Of a stretch of 48,230 nt of DNA, positions 1 through 11,794 are shown piece after piece (the stretch's first letter is position 1; every line of letters begins with the position of its first letter). The stretch spans positions 1-48,230 of the forward strand of contig CAXUUL010000041.1 in assembly GCA_964255285.1 (NCBI GenBank), in the 5' to 3' direction. Under the pieces are notes generated by a model. That model had not been told where the DNA came from, did not search any database, and saw only the letters and a list, made by a program, of their open reading frames with translations. The DNA is from Ionaspis alba. Lineage: Eukaryota. The position numbers were made by a program, and so were the translations under genes.

Positions 1-357
1 GGATTGGGGGGGTTTGGGAGGCTCGAGACTTGATATGTGGGATGGGATTTACGATGGGTTGTGGATTTGATGGTGAAAGGTCGGGCTTGGAAAGATCTGA
101 TTGGGTTAGATATCTGAAATGGGCATTGCGAGGGAGTATCACTGAGGCAAGGATAGAGGAGTTAGAAAACACGTGATCTGATGCAGTCTCAAGGAACTAG
201 TTGATATGAGTACACGATCTAGAATTTGACGTTCCTATAAGGAGTGTAATGGACATCAAATCAGACTGGAGAACGTGATCGGACTCGGTAACTATGGTCA
301 GTTGTTCCGAACCTGGCCATGCAGCTAGGCCAGTTATTTTAGGCTCAAACTTCCATG

Positions 358-480
358 CATCAGTCGGTCATTGTTTCGGTCATTGTTTCGGTCGGTTATT
401 GTTTCAATCGGTTATTGTTTCAATCGGTCATTGCTTCAGTCGGTCATTACTTCAGTCGATCATTGCATCAGTCGGTCATG
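358..480. repeat. Degenerate minisatellite, ~16-bp unit (CAGTCGGTCATTGCTT-like), about 8 copies, some truncated to ~12 bp
   Basis: Recurring TCGGTCATTG/TCGGTTATTG cores visible directly between 361 and 480, just past the 3' end of the TFIIIC gene. Confidence 0.85.
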
Positions 481-685
481 CACATGATCGCCAACGCATA
501 TCTTCAGCCGCACAATGTTATCCACTAAAAAGCCAGATAGCCCTTCAGCGCCTTCGCTAAGCCAGACAAAGCCATCCAAATCAGACACCAACGCCTCAAT
601 CCATGAGCTCAAAATCCACAGCCGGTCTTTAATCGAACTCAACATCCATCTCCTATGTTCCCACACGCCTGCAGCTTAGAATCTT

Positions 686-3600
686 TCAGCCTAGCTTGCC
701 CTTGCCCTTCTCTTCTCCAACACACAACCACCACCACTCTCCCACCATCAAGCCCCTCCTCTTGCCCCTCCAACCGTCTTCGTTCTCCACATTCACTACA
801 GTCCACTTCCCTACCCCAGCTTTCACAATCCAGCCCATAATCTCCTGCACCTCCCACACTTCCAAGCTCGGCGCCACACACTTCTCAACCTCGAGTGCAC
901 TGACCCCTGGTCTAAGCATCACAACCGTCAACACAGCTGCAAGCGCCATGTTCCACAGCAGAGGGAGGAGATCGCCATTGATATCGATCCAGGCCGGGTA
1001 GCGATCAAGCATCCCTCTCGCATCCACATCCACATCCATATCACTGCCCGACGCGGAAGAAGCACGCGTCCGATCAGGGACAGGCAGCGTCGTCGGCAAC
1101 ATCGAAGGCGGTGCCGGCAACGGAAGTAGCGGATTCCCTTCGACATACGTATCCGTAGGAAAAACCTCCACCGCAAACCGCAAGCGAGATTTATCCATGA
1201 ATCGCGTCTTATACCCACTCTCCATCAGGCCAAAAGGATTATTCGGGATATCCACACCCTTGAGCTTGATCCTGCCCGTCGCAGAAAGATTCATCACAGC
1301 CAAGACGTCCCCATCCACAGCATGGTAACTGAAGAGCGCTTTCCCTTGCTCGCGGAATGCGGCATCCAGCTCGGACTTGTAAGCTGCGGCGCGCTGGTAC
1401 TGACTGACTCCGAGGTTCTTCCGCAGGCGCGAGAGAAAGTGCTCGGAGATGTCGTAGTTGCGGCCTGGAAGAAGCCGGCCTTTGTTTTCTTGCATGAGTA
1501 CTTTCGCTTGTAGGAGATCGCGGACGGCGGTTTCGATGGTGGAGTCGTCGAAGACGGAGAGTTTAGCACGCGCGAAAGTGGGGGAGTAGGTTGACTCTGG
1601 AGTGATGACATTGGAGCGGACCCAGGATTTGGCGACATCGAGCTTGGTGGTTGGTGGTGGTTGGGATCGGTGGGGAACGGGGATAACATAGGGATCACGG
1701 TGGAGGATGCTGTGGCGTTTGGGGATTGTGGTGATGCCGTTGAGTTCGAAGAAGTCTTGCATGTCGCGATCATTGGTTGGTCGGAGCTCGAAGAGGTCGT
1801 CCAGTTTGTCTCTGGTTGCAGGGAGATCCGGAATGGAACTCTTCGGAGCATCGATATTCTTGAAAGTCCATTCCATGAGCCACTTCCAGTCGTAATCTTC
1901 GAGGTGGTCGTAATCTAGCGGGGGGACGGATCCATCTTCGTAGGCTTGTGCAAACATTTCCTGGAAATCGGCTTGCATCTTGTCGATTATGAGTCGATAT
2001 TTCTGGAGGATCCACGCCCAGCGTCGGTGGATCAATCGCTCGGACCAGCGAGGCTCGAATATTCGGGCAAGAAGCACCCAATCAATGTTCTGCTCGACTC
2101 CACCGGTCAGCGTCCGCACTATGATGACAGCAACTAATATTTGTCGGTCTCCATCTGGGCCGATTTCTTTGGAGAGCTGCGGTCCTCGAAACTTGGGTCG
2201 CTTAACCCTTTCGACGTCTATCTCCTCGACGATTGATGCAGGTGTGGATGATGGTTTCTCAAGTAAAGACGTAAGACGTCGAGTCTTGAGAATAGGTGCT
2301 TTCGGTTTCGTTGGTATAATTTTGGGAGGAGGTAGTGCTCTTTGAGTTTCTTGCGTGCCACTACTCTTGCTTACTCGAAGGACGACTTCATCTTCTTCAT
2401 AGGTTCTAAGGTCTTTCTCGAGATCGATTGTCCGGACAGCATCCTCTGCAACTTCATGTTCTCCAGGGAAATTGTGATTAACGAAACGAAGTTCTTGTTT
2501 TCCTCCAACTTCTGGAGGCATATTCTCGAGTTCCCAAGAGAGAACGTTCTGAATTTCGCGGCCAATTTCATGGCCTGGTATCTCGAACCACTGGCTTGGC
2601 TTTCCTCGGACAGGAACAGACATTATATCGTCCAGATTTTGAGGCATCACAAATTTCTTTTCAGGCTTTTTCAATACTAAAGCAAGACTTGCTGTTGGCC
2701 CAAAGCCCCAAAATTCCGTGGAGAATGTTCCGGTGTGATCGTGGAAGATTTGCTCCGGCTCCACAAAGCTCGAGATTTGCTGCCTTCGTCTCTCGACTCC
2801 TGCCTGTGTCCTGGGCCGCCGAGTAAATGGCTGACCACTCCCTGGATCTCGGTCCATTCGGTCTCCATTACCTGGGTCAATCAATCGATCCAGGGTCGGG
2901 TCTAGCCAGCTTCCTTGTCCTACTATTTCCTCTGGTTCTGGGGATGTCGAGGGAGTTCGATCAAAGTTGCTATGTAGACCAAGCGTCTCCATAAATTGTA
3001 ACCGTGGTCTAGTTGCAGAGCTGGTACCAGATCCTGCTAACTCCCTCGACAGCTGTTTCATTCTCTCAGTGAGACTTGCGGGTTCGTGACCTCGATGGAT
3101 TGCGGCATAGTCCACGCGAGGTTTGGTTCTCAGAGTGCTCCGTCTGATGATGGGCACTTTCCTCAAAGGAATTCTTGCCGAAGAAGGGATCTGTGGCCCG
3201 GTTGCCTGTGTGTTGAGTTTCATCAGATGGCCTGGTACGTGTCCTGTTCTAGTCGTTGTACCCGTTAGTCCTGGCAGGCGTGACAAGGGTCCTCCCAGAC
3301 GCGCAAGACGCTGAACTCGGGGTCGATGAATGGTATCTTCTGGTTTAGTTCCACCAGGGAGCAAAAATTCGACCTTGCCTGCTCTCTCTGATGGTAATAT
3401 TATAGCATTATGTTTGTAACCTGCAATCTCAAAGTCGGGCTCCCCAAGCTCCTCTTCAGCTTCATGGAGTCTTCGAAGACGTTTCATTGTCTGGACCCCT
3501 GGAATAATCTCAGGTTCAATTACTTGCCGACGGCTCCGGTATGGGTCGGCGTGGGATCTGTCTTCATTAGACAATCGCGCACGGTGGGCTCTCATTGCAT

Positions 3601-6600
3601 TTTCATGAACGTAATGAAGATCAACGGTCCCCTCCTCTACCTGTAGTCGGTTGACATACTGCTTGTCTGTAGCAGACTTGTAGTTCCAGCTCAGCTCTGG
3701 CGATACTTCTGCCTTTTCAGGGATATAGGAGCGAGGATCGCACTCTATCATCCTCCTCTGGCATTCTCGGACTCTGGGATCATTACCATCCACATCAGGT
3801 AGCGTGATAATGGTTCCAATATGCGGTACTCCGATCTTTGTCTTGAAGGTGAATTTGAGGAGTCGAAGCTTGCCGATGTCGACAAGATATTTCTGCGCCG
3901 CTCTGATTGTTCTTTGGTCAGGCTTGCCAGCTCCTGTCCGCCTCTGCCATATTGTGGTAAAAGGATACCAAAGTTCCTTGTCTCCTGGAAATACTCCATC
4001 ACATTTCTCCACAATCTCCAAGATGATTGTCCTTCGTAAAAGGGCAATGGAGCCCCCAGTGGGGGTGATCTTGTTCACCTTCGGAGCTTTAGTACGTTTC
4101 GACGTAATAGTGGAAGTCTCAAGACCATTAGCCTCAGAAGCTGCATGATCATTGACCAGAGCTGAAGAGTTGTTCGATATGTTCATAGAAGTGACCTGGA
4201 TTCCAGGCTCTGTAGGAGCTATCATAGTCTCCTGTACTATTCCGTCCGATCGATCTTTTCTCGATTCCAACCTTAGGTCAGTCTGCGTTGCAGGAAGCCC
4301 GTTGAGCTCCGTCTCGTACGATGGAGTAACATCTTCGTCCAATCTGGGCAGAACGGTCTTATTACCATTTGCAGGAGGTCCGTTGGTTTCTTCAGATGAT
4401 TTTCCACGATCAATGGCCACTGCTTCCCCATCCACGAATTCCATAACCGTGTCAGTCACGTCCGGTCCGTCAGAAGAGGGCTTCGCAGTAGAAGCGACTG
4501 GAGAAGAGGAGGAGTTATGCGGGTGAGCAGGAGTACTATTTCGAGGACTACGCCCACCCGAAGCCTCCGATACTGGTCGATTAATTTCCTCAAGCACGCT
4601 CTTGGCAACTCTCGGCTTCTTCCTGGGCCTGCCCATAGCTGCATACGGAGGAATATCCCTTGAGGCATTTCCCATTGCAAGAAATGTCGCATTTCCGTCT
4701 ACGCTGATGTCCATTCTATCGTCGACGGCCAGTGCCACGGTCGAGAGGGCGTCTAATTCTGTCAACGAGTGCTGGTTCGGTCCGCTCGAATCAGGTTTCT
4801 TGGAGACCTGCTGATTCTGAGGTCGTGAAGCAGGTGGAAGCCGAATCTCCCGAATGCCACGGGTTCGCCTTGAATCTTCCTCTGTCTCGGATAAGGATGG
4901 CCTTCGAGGACCCATGTTAATGACATCAGAGGAAAGTGGCCGTTTCCTCTTCAGCTCTTTGCCTGCCGCAGAAGTATATGGTACATACGGAACACCCGAA
5001 GATAAAGAGAGATCAGAGCGAGCTCTGTAAGCAGGTGTTGGAGTGGTATCGATTAGTGGCTGACCTTGAGGTAAGACAGACTTTGCATGAGTAACTTGAG
5101 CCGCTTGTTCAGTATCCTGAGCCTTCAACTTTGATGCAGTCTCGGAGATAGTCCGCGATGTTTGCACATTCCTCGGCGTGGTTCGAGTCGCGGATACAGC
5201 AGTCACTCTGTCAGACGAAAAGGCTCCTGCCAGGGATACTGCATCCAGTTCTACTTTGAACCAGTCAAGCTGATGCAGACCTGGAAGCTTAAAAATGGCA
5301 ATTCTACTCCTCCTTGGGCGTCCTCGAGCATGCGGGATCTTGTAATGACCCAATTCCCCGATAAAGACACCATTTGATGGTCTGCGAATAGCTGCTGCTT
5401 GAGCACTGTGACTCGAGTACGGCTTGGCGGATCCGATTTCAGCACTAACTCTAGATTCAACGCCTTCGGTTATTTCAGGACCAAGTGTTATTGACCTCGC
5501 TGCCGCGGACGACGGATAGTCCTGTTTCAAATATGACCGACTGTGCGCAGCGACGGAAGGGAAGTACGGTGGATTCGATCCGTTCTTGCGTTGGCGCTTT
5601 GAAAGAGGCTCCGTCGCCAATAGAGCTTCAACGTCTGCGTTTCGTTTTCGTGGCTTCCGGTGGCCACCCGCCAGCTGTAGCAAGAATTGCGTCTGCTCGA
5701 CTACGGTACCGAAGGCATCAAGTGTAGCTCCTCCAGCTACTAACTCTCGAGCAGGTTCGGGCGAGATGAGAGAGGCTGAATTGAGTGGCAAAGTCGGACT
5801 TGAAAGCTGCTCTCTAGCCTTTGCGGTTTTCCTGATAGTCCGCCCTGAAGAGGTCTTGGGCTTGTCATTGATCCTGAGAGGGATCTTTTCTGCTAGCTGG
5901 GAACAAGCGATAGTGTGCGCAGCAATCGATGGAAAGTATCCTAGTGCAGACTGTGGTGTGACTAGGCGCGCCTTTCTTCCAGCTCGTACTTTTGAGTCAG
6001 GCTGTGTGTTACGTGGAGCTCTCTTTGGTGTCGCTCGAGTAGTCACAAAGCTTGAGGTATCGGCAGCAACATTTTTCTGCCGGGGTCTTCCAGCTTGTCG
6101 GGAACCAGGAGCTGGGTATACTGCAAATGTGTGTGCGGCGACGGACGGAAGATAGCGACTCCTCTGCGTTTCATTGAAGAAAACACGAATCGGTGAGACT
6201 GAAACGTCTTTAAGAGCTCTTCTACCGGTTCGTTTTCGAGGAACTTTCAACGCCACTACATCCGCTTCCAACTTCTTTTGGGCTGCGGCTGCTGCTAAGA
6301 CGTCTCTTCTTGCTTCATCCACATCTTGCCCAGTAGCGGCTCGTCTCGCGGTTTCTTGCTCGATCTTCTTTGTTTCGTATTCTTTTGCCCTCATCTGTGA
6401 CTTCTTGATCGACACGAGTTGTTCTGGTGTCAACTCGTCGGCGTCCTTTGGAAGGCCTTCCTTTGGGTATTTGCGTGGTCGTCCTCGAGGTTCCTTTCTT
6501 ATTCGCTGCTTCTCTGGCACGAGCCGAGAGGTCTCAGCATCGTTCTCTTCCAAATTCTCCGAACTCTTCTCCGGCTTGCTTGACGGCTTTCCGGTAGTCT

Positions 6601-8890
6601 TCTGGCGAGGTCTACCCGATGCAGGGCGTTCGGAAAATCTGTGGGTTGGCTGGCCCAGGCGAATGTCTACAATCATTAGCGATATCCATGTCTATCAGGC
6701 ATAATTTTGGCGTACCATATGTGCCATCTCGAAGCTTGATGGGTATAGGGTCATGGAGTGTGAGGCGAAAGGGCTCAAACCGAGCTGCTTGGACACATTC
6801 CGCGAGTGTAGCATCGTTGTCTCGACCTTGGAAAAGCGATTGATCAAGCTTTGGAAATCCATACTCATCCAGATCAGGAACAGCCTCGGCAGCGAGCTTA
6901 GACACTTCCTTCGCATTGTTATCGTGCTTCATAGTCTCCACCGCTTCCCAAGATGCTTCACCACTAGCGACTTTGGTTTTGAAGTTCTGATAGCTGTAGT
7001 GCACATAATGAGCGATCTTACCAGTTAGGGTTGTATCTCTTATTATAGCGTAGTGGCGAAGATGGAGAGGTTGTGAGATCTGCCACAAGTCGACTAGGCG
7101 CGTGAGTTGATGTTCGAGTGGTCGATTGAAAAAGTTGCCAACCAGCTGGTCTTTGATACCCTGGAAGTCGTGTCAGTCATAGAAGCAATTATGCGCTGAT
7201 TGATCTGAAATACCTGGATGCTTATGCCATTGGTACCTGATGCATGAATGATATCGTACAACATGTTCACAAGTGGCCGATCCGAACTCCATTGTGGGAC
7301 ATCTATCTGCGTAACGTCGAGGTCCTCGACGTTCTCGTCATCTGCCACCAAAACCTTTAAAGAATCATCTGGCTGATAGTCCTCGTCAGCATCTCCTTCA
7401 GCATCGTTATCGAAGTCCTCATCTTGGCCAACTGGGGTATTTTGCTGCATGTAATCTCTAGTCAATGCAAAGAAAGTAGCCCAGTCCTTCTCCTTGGGTT
7501 CACGAACGAGTTTGACGCATCGATACGGTTTACCACTGAGCCGAGGAATGCTTCCGGCGACTCTGACTCGTTGCACAAAGCCCAGGAACTCCCATCTTCG
7601 TACAGCCTTTGCGAGATTATGAGAAGGACGTGCTTGTCGCCAAACTCCCTAGGTATGGCATCAGCACAAATGGTTCATTTTTCGACTCGGCCATTCGAAG
7701 CATACAAGCTTTCTTTTCAGATCATCCCAAGTCATGATCTTCATGTCTCGAAGAATTCCGAACATTTCCCGAGTCTTTGGCTCTACCTCGAGCAGCCTAC
7801 ACTGATTTTGAGATGGCTGCAAAGAGTCTCCATTCTCCACACTTGTACCAGTACCAACCATCTCCTGCTGAAGCTTTCTTCTTTGATTTTCAGTAATGCC
7901 GGCAAACCTCTTAAGAATGAGAAGACTAGTTTTGAGTAGCCCGAGCCGGATAGGTCGTTTTTCAATGTAGCCCTTGTCGTGTAAAGACTGCGTCCGGCCG
8001 GGCACAGAGCGCTTATCTTGCCCACTAATCCGAACAAGATCTGGCTGCATGATACCCTGCTCTCGGTGTGCGGCGATGATTGAAAGACAGGTGAATTCCA
8101 TGTCTGCAATTTTCTCTAGGTCTGGGCCATGTCCTGCTGCGGCGAGCCACATGCGCTCCCTTGATGTGAAAATTCTCAGCGGAGACTTGCCAGATGATTT
8201 AGTGTTGAAATTAGAACGTGGCAATTGCGGAACGGAAGTCTGAGTCTGAGACTGGGCTTGAGGCAGACCGGCTCCGCGTATCCGACCCTGAGCGGAGTCC
8301 GATGCGACGGTATCGGCATTTTCTCCACAAGTTGCGCCAGAGAGTTCGGCCACTCTCAGCTTTTCGTTGTAATCCTCTACTTCCTTGAGGCTCATGCCAT
8401 TGCCTAATCCATCTCGTCCGACCCAGATCTCCGGATGAGCTGTCAGCCATCTCCAGACTTGTTCCTGGAACAATCTGTCGATAGTCTGTTTCTCCTCGAC
8501 GTGGAAGAACTTATCATCATCTTCAGCATCCGGTGACTGCTCATGGTGTTGCTCGGCATAAAATCGGTCAATGTAGAGCAAAACATCGGATACTCGTGCG
8601 CCTGAGGAGACGTAAGTTAAATTTGTCGCAAACAGTTATGATAAATCCAAGCTGAGCTCTTTCCATGCTACTAAAATAATGCTTTCCGCAAGAAGCAATA
8701 AAAACTAAACATACAATTTGGTGAACTGTAAGAAACATAACATGGTGGGTGGATAGACGCTCTAGCGACAGGCATGAGAGAAACCATCAAGACGACAAAT
8801 TTGAGTGCATGACGGAAACTTACCAGCCTCACCCCCAAGCGCAATTTCGTCGAGCAAAAACACGATCAGATCATCTAAACTGCCTCCCAT
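686..8890 (-). CDS. TFC3: RNA polymerase III transcription factor TFIIIC B-block-binding subunit (Tfc3/Sfc3-like), ~2607 aa, 5 exons
   Basis: Exons 8890-8824, 8601-7706, 7648-7214, 7160-6716, 6666-686 with GT-AG introns splice into one frame (7824 nt). N-terminus MGGSLDDLIVFLLDEIALGG; B-block winged-helix-like segment LSIIAAHREQGIMQPDLVRISGQDKRSVPGRTQSL; several AT-hook-like GRP motifs; Sfc3-like C-terminus ending GEWWWL. Confidence 0.9.
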
Positions 8891-8946
8891 CACTCATCTT
8901 CCACTTGACGGTACAATATCTCCACAAAGGAGAAAAATCAGCCCAT
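8871..8946 (-). promoter_or_regulatory. Two upstream ATGs/uORFs in the putative TFC3 leader
   Basis: ATG GGC TGA at 8946-8938, and an out-of-frame ATG at 8897 (MSDGRQFR*, ending 8871) overlapping the main ATG at 8890. They function only if the transcript starts upstream of them. Confidence 0.4.
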
Positions 8947-8960
8947 GAGCGCTGTTGCTG

Positions 8961-8972
8961 AGGTTCGAACCT
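8961..8972. promoter_or_regulatory. Isolated B-box (ETC-like TFIIIC site), palindrome AGGTTCGAACCT
   Basis: Matches the Pol III B-box consensus GWTCRANNC on both strands; no tRNA cloverleaf or clear A-box seen around it; about 70 bp upstream of the TFC3 ATG. Confidence 0.6.
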
Positions 8973-9279
8973 TGTGACAGTAGTGACAATTGAGTCAGAT
9001 TCTGCTTTGGCGATTTTGGTCGTGGTGGGGCACGAGCGAATGAAAAAAATTGGACAAATGGCGCAGATGTCGAGTGGGGCCCCTGGGTAAGGTTTGGACG
9101 GCGAAAGAAGAACGGAGCTAAGCTGAAAAGGGACGGTTGCGACAAGCACAAAACGGCCATCGAAGACGAATTGGATACGGAGCTACCAAATACTGCATTT
9201 CATGACTAAAGCAACGCTATAAACCGAGTGGGTATCTGCCAACGCCTGTTCTATGCTCCCTCGTCATGCAGCAGTTCTT

Positions 9280-10872
9280 TCATCTAAAATGTCTTCCCCT
9301 TCTCGGGCTCCGTTTCCCCCAATCCGATCGACTTGCAGCCCTCAAGTCATCAACGCTCAGCACGTCTACTCCCTCCTCCATGAGGATCTTCCAAACACTA
9401 TTCCGCAACCCGATTGGCCAGTCAGGCAAGTCCCAATACCGAACCTTGAGGCCTCTTCGGTGTGCTCCACGAATCTGTCCACGAAGCAATGCTTTTTGGT
9501 GAGCAGAGAGACTATATCTCCACATACGTCCAACTGTATCACTGAAGGAAGCGCTGGCATAATAGGAGTTGGATTCGTTGTAGGTGTTACGAGGTGAGAG
9601 TCGCGCATCGGCTGCCGGTCTCCGGAAATCTCGCGGACTCAGGTAACGCGTATCCTTAATGGCTTTTGAGTAGTCTTTGTGGTATGATCTAAGTTCTCCA
9701 GGCTTGTAGAGATGTTTGTCTTCTCCCCATGGATAGATGCCTAGTGGTTTATCATCTTCCATGAACGCCTTTCCGTCAAGATTTTTCTTCCCATCGTTTA
9801 TCTTGCTGCTCTTGGGTCCAGAACTTCTTTCCACCCACTCCTCATCTTCCCACATCGTCTCCAATGGCGCATCGTAGAATATATCATGATAAGGATTTGT
9901 TTGGTCCGATGCAATACGATCGAAAGGAGCATCACCAGTTGCTACCACAACAACAGGGCCAGACACGACGTGTGTGCCGTTCCAATGGCTAAGGTAACCC
10001 CGAGACCTGAGAGGCTCCAGAGCTGAGAAGAGATATGGCCATAATGTTGGACCAGAGGTCTTGAATTCGACTAGGAGGGTAAGAGGCTGCATTAGATTGG
10101 TGTCGAAGACTCCATTGCGGGGACTGTCTTGAGTAGTATGATGTGAAGTTATAGGATTCTGCTTCGAAAGGATATCCATTACCGGGTTGATGTAGAGGGA
10201 TTTGAGGGTGCGATTCCGTGTAAGACTCCCGGCGCTATGACCGACATATAACTCTCCATTGTATAACCATATGTCAGCCTCGACACTTATGCATCCAGCG
10301 CTTATGGCCGAGTACAACGGTACGCGACGCCAATAGTCATTATGCGAATGACAACGGACGGGTCTAATATCTCGAGTAAAGTCCGTAGGCCAGGAATCGA
10401 GACCTTCCCCAGTTTGACTGATCTGACCCCATGAATCGATAACGTCGTGGATGTCGTCGGGGTAAAGTGCTTCTATTATGCCACCGGTCAACGCAAAGAT
10501 TTGTACGACTCCGCTAGAGAGATGTCAGCCTCAATCAAACGAGCAAAATTTTGCAATTCGACTGTACAGGACAAGAAGAGTGCCCAGTCCTAACATCAAG
10601 CACCACCGTAGGCGCTTTCGCCTGCTGGACCTGCTTGTTCTACATCTGAAACACTGATCATCATCCCTTTCTGAGTATGTTCTTCTGCACTTCCTTTCGT
10701 CATATCTGAGGAAAGGTGGGAGTAGTCGCCAGGCGATAGAATTTCGATGCGTCGTGGTATGAAAAGGCTCAGGAATCGAGTACTCGAATTCGGAGTACTG
10801 ATGCAGTAGGGAATCATCCAGTAAGAATGGTGTCGCCGGATCGCTGCTGTCGGTAGAAATTCGGAAGGCCAT
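9280..10872 (-). CDS. AIM6: Aim6-like PLC-like phosphodiesterase-fold protein with N-terminal membrane anchor, ~512 aa, 2 exons
   Basis: Exons 10872-10568 and 10513-9280 (intron GTACAG...CTGAC...TAG). Motifs CHSHNDY, GCISVEADIW, LYVGH, AHRRGLKVRYWDLP and GVDVLSVDDL are typical of the family; hydrophobic segment WCLMLGLGTLLVLGVVQIFAL. Confidence 0.85.
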
Positions 10873-11794
10873 ATTGATCCCTATTCGCCAAGTACCGTTT
10901 TCTATGCGCCAATAATGCAGTGGCGTGAAGTATGGTACAATCCAGTGATTGAATTCCTCAGATATTGGACTTTACTGCCGGGCATGGCAAGTGATACTTG
11001 TTATGATGAGAAGCAAAAGCTTTAGGGGATCTATGAATTGAATAGTGCGATGTGGTCGTTGTCTTTTCCCAACATGAGGCACGGACCCGACCTGAGGGCA
11101 GCGTTTGGACTGTGGAAGGAAGGACCCAGCTGGAATGCTGGTGTGGAGCGTCCGCCAGCTCATTTTCCAGCATGTCATGTCATGCAATCGCTCAACCCAC
11201 GTGCAGTAACCGCCATGTAGCTAGTTGGCGCCGGAAGAATGGACCATCGACCGACCGAGGAGAAGCGGTCATACCACAATCACGATATCCAAGCCATGAA
11301 TTAGCAGCAAGCTATATTCCGTTGCAAGTGTGACCCTAGGCCAAGAAGGGTGTGCAGCGGACAAATGATACTGCTAAAGGTTGCGAGTATGTCATCTAGA
11401 AAAAAGCATTTAGTCGCACATCGATTGTTGGTGTGGGTGGCTGAGGCGCTTCTCGAACTATATGCAACTCTTCACGATTTAGTTCGACGTCTACTGATTG
11501 GCTGTGGCCGTCTCCCTAGTGGCTGCTCCAACAGCGCTGAGGGCGGCTCATCATGGCACAAGCGGGCGACAAAGGTCTCGGGAGGCTAGACCAAGACAAT
11601 TTCCCAGGAACATTTACCAGAAAAGTAACAAATAATCGAGGTCGGAGTACGGGCTTTACCATCACCGTCGGCAATGCTAGCATTGCAATTCCTCGCGGTG
11701 ATTATCAAGTTGAAACTCCTGGGCTAGCTAGTCCATGCAGCCATAATCATTATTCGAGCAATTGACAACACCCAGTGGGCTCCAGCCATCAACA

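Noticed and set aside
1..170. Possible exon of a minus-strand gene leaving the window (CTAAC...CTCAG acceptor near 143)
   Set aside because: Too short to fix a frame, start or product.
8930..9030. Possible tRNA gene around GGTTCGAACC
   Set aside because: No acceptor stem, D-arm/A-box or anticodon arm could be folded on either strand; kept only as an isolated B-box.
11003..11095. Box C (ATGATGA) ... box D (CTGA) pair suggesting a C/D snoRNA
   Set aside because: No terminal stem and no rRNA-complementary guide I could verify; such short boxes occur by chance. A snoscan/Infernal run would decide.
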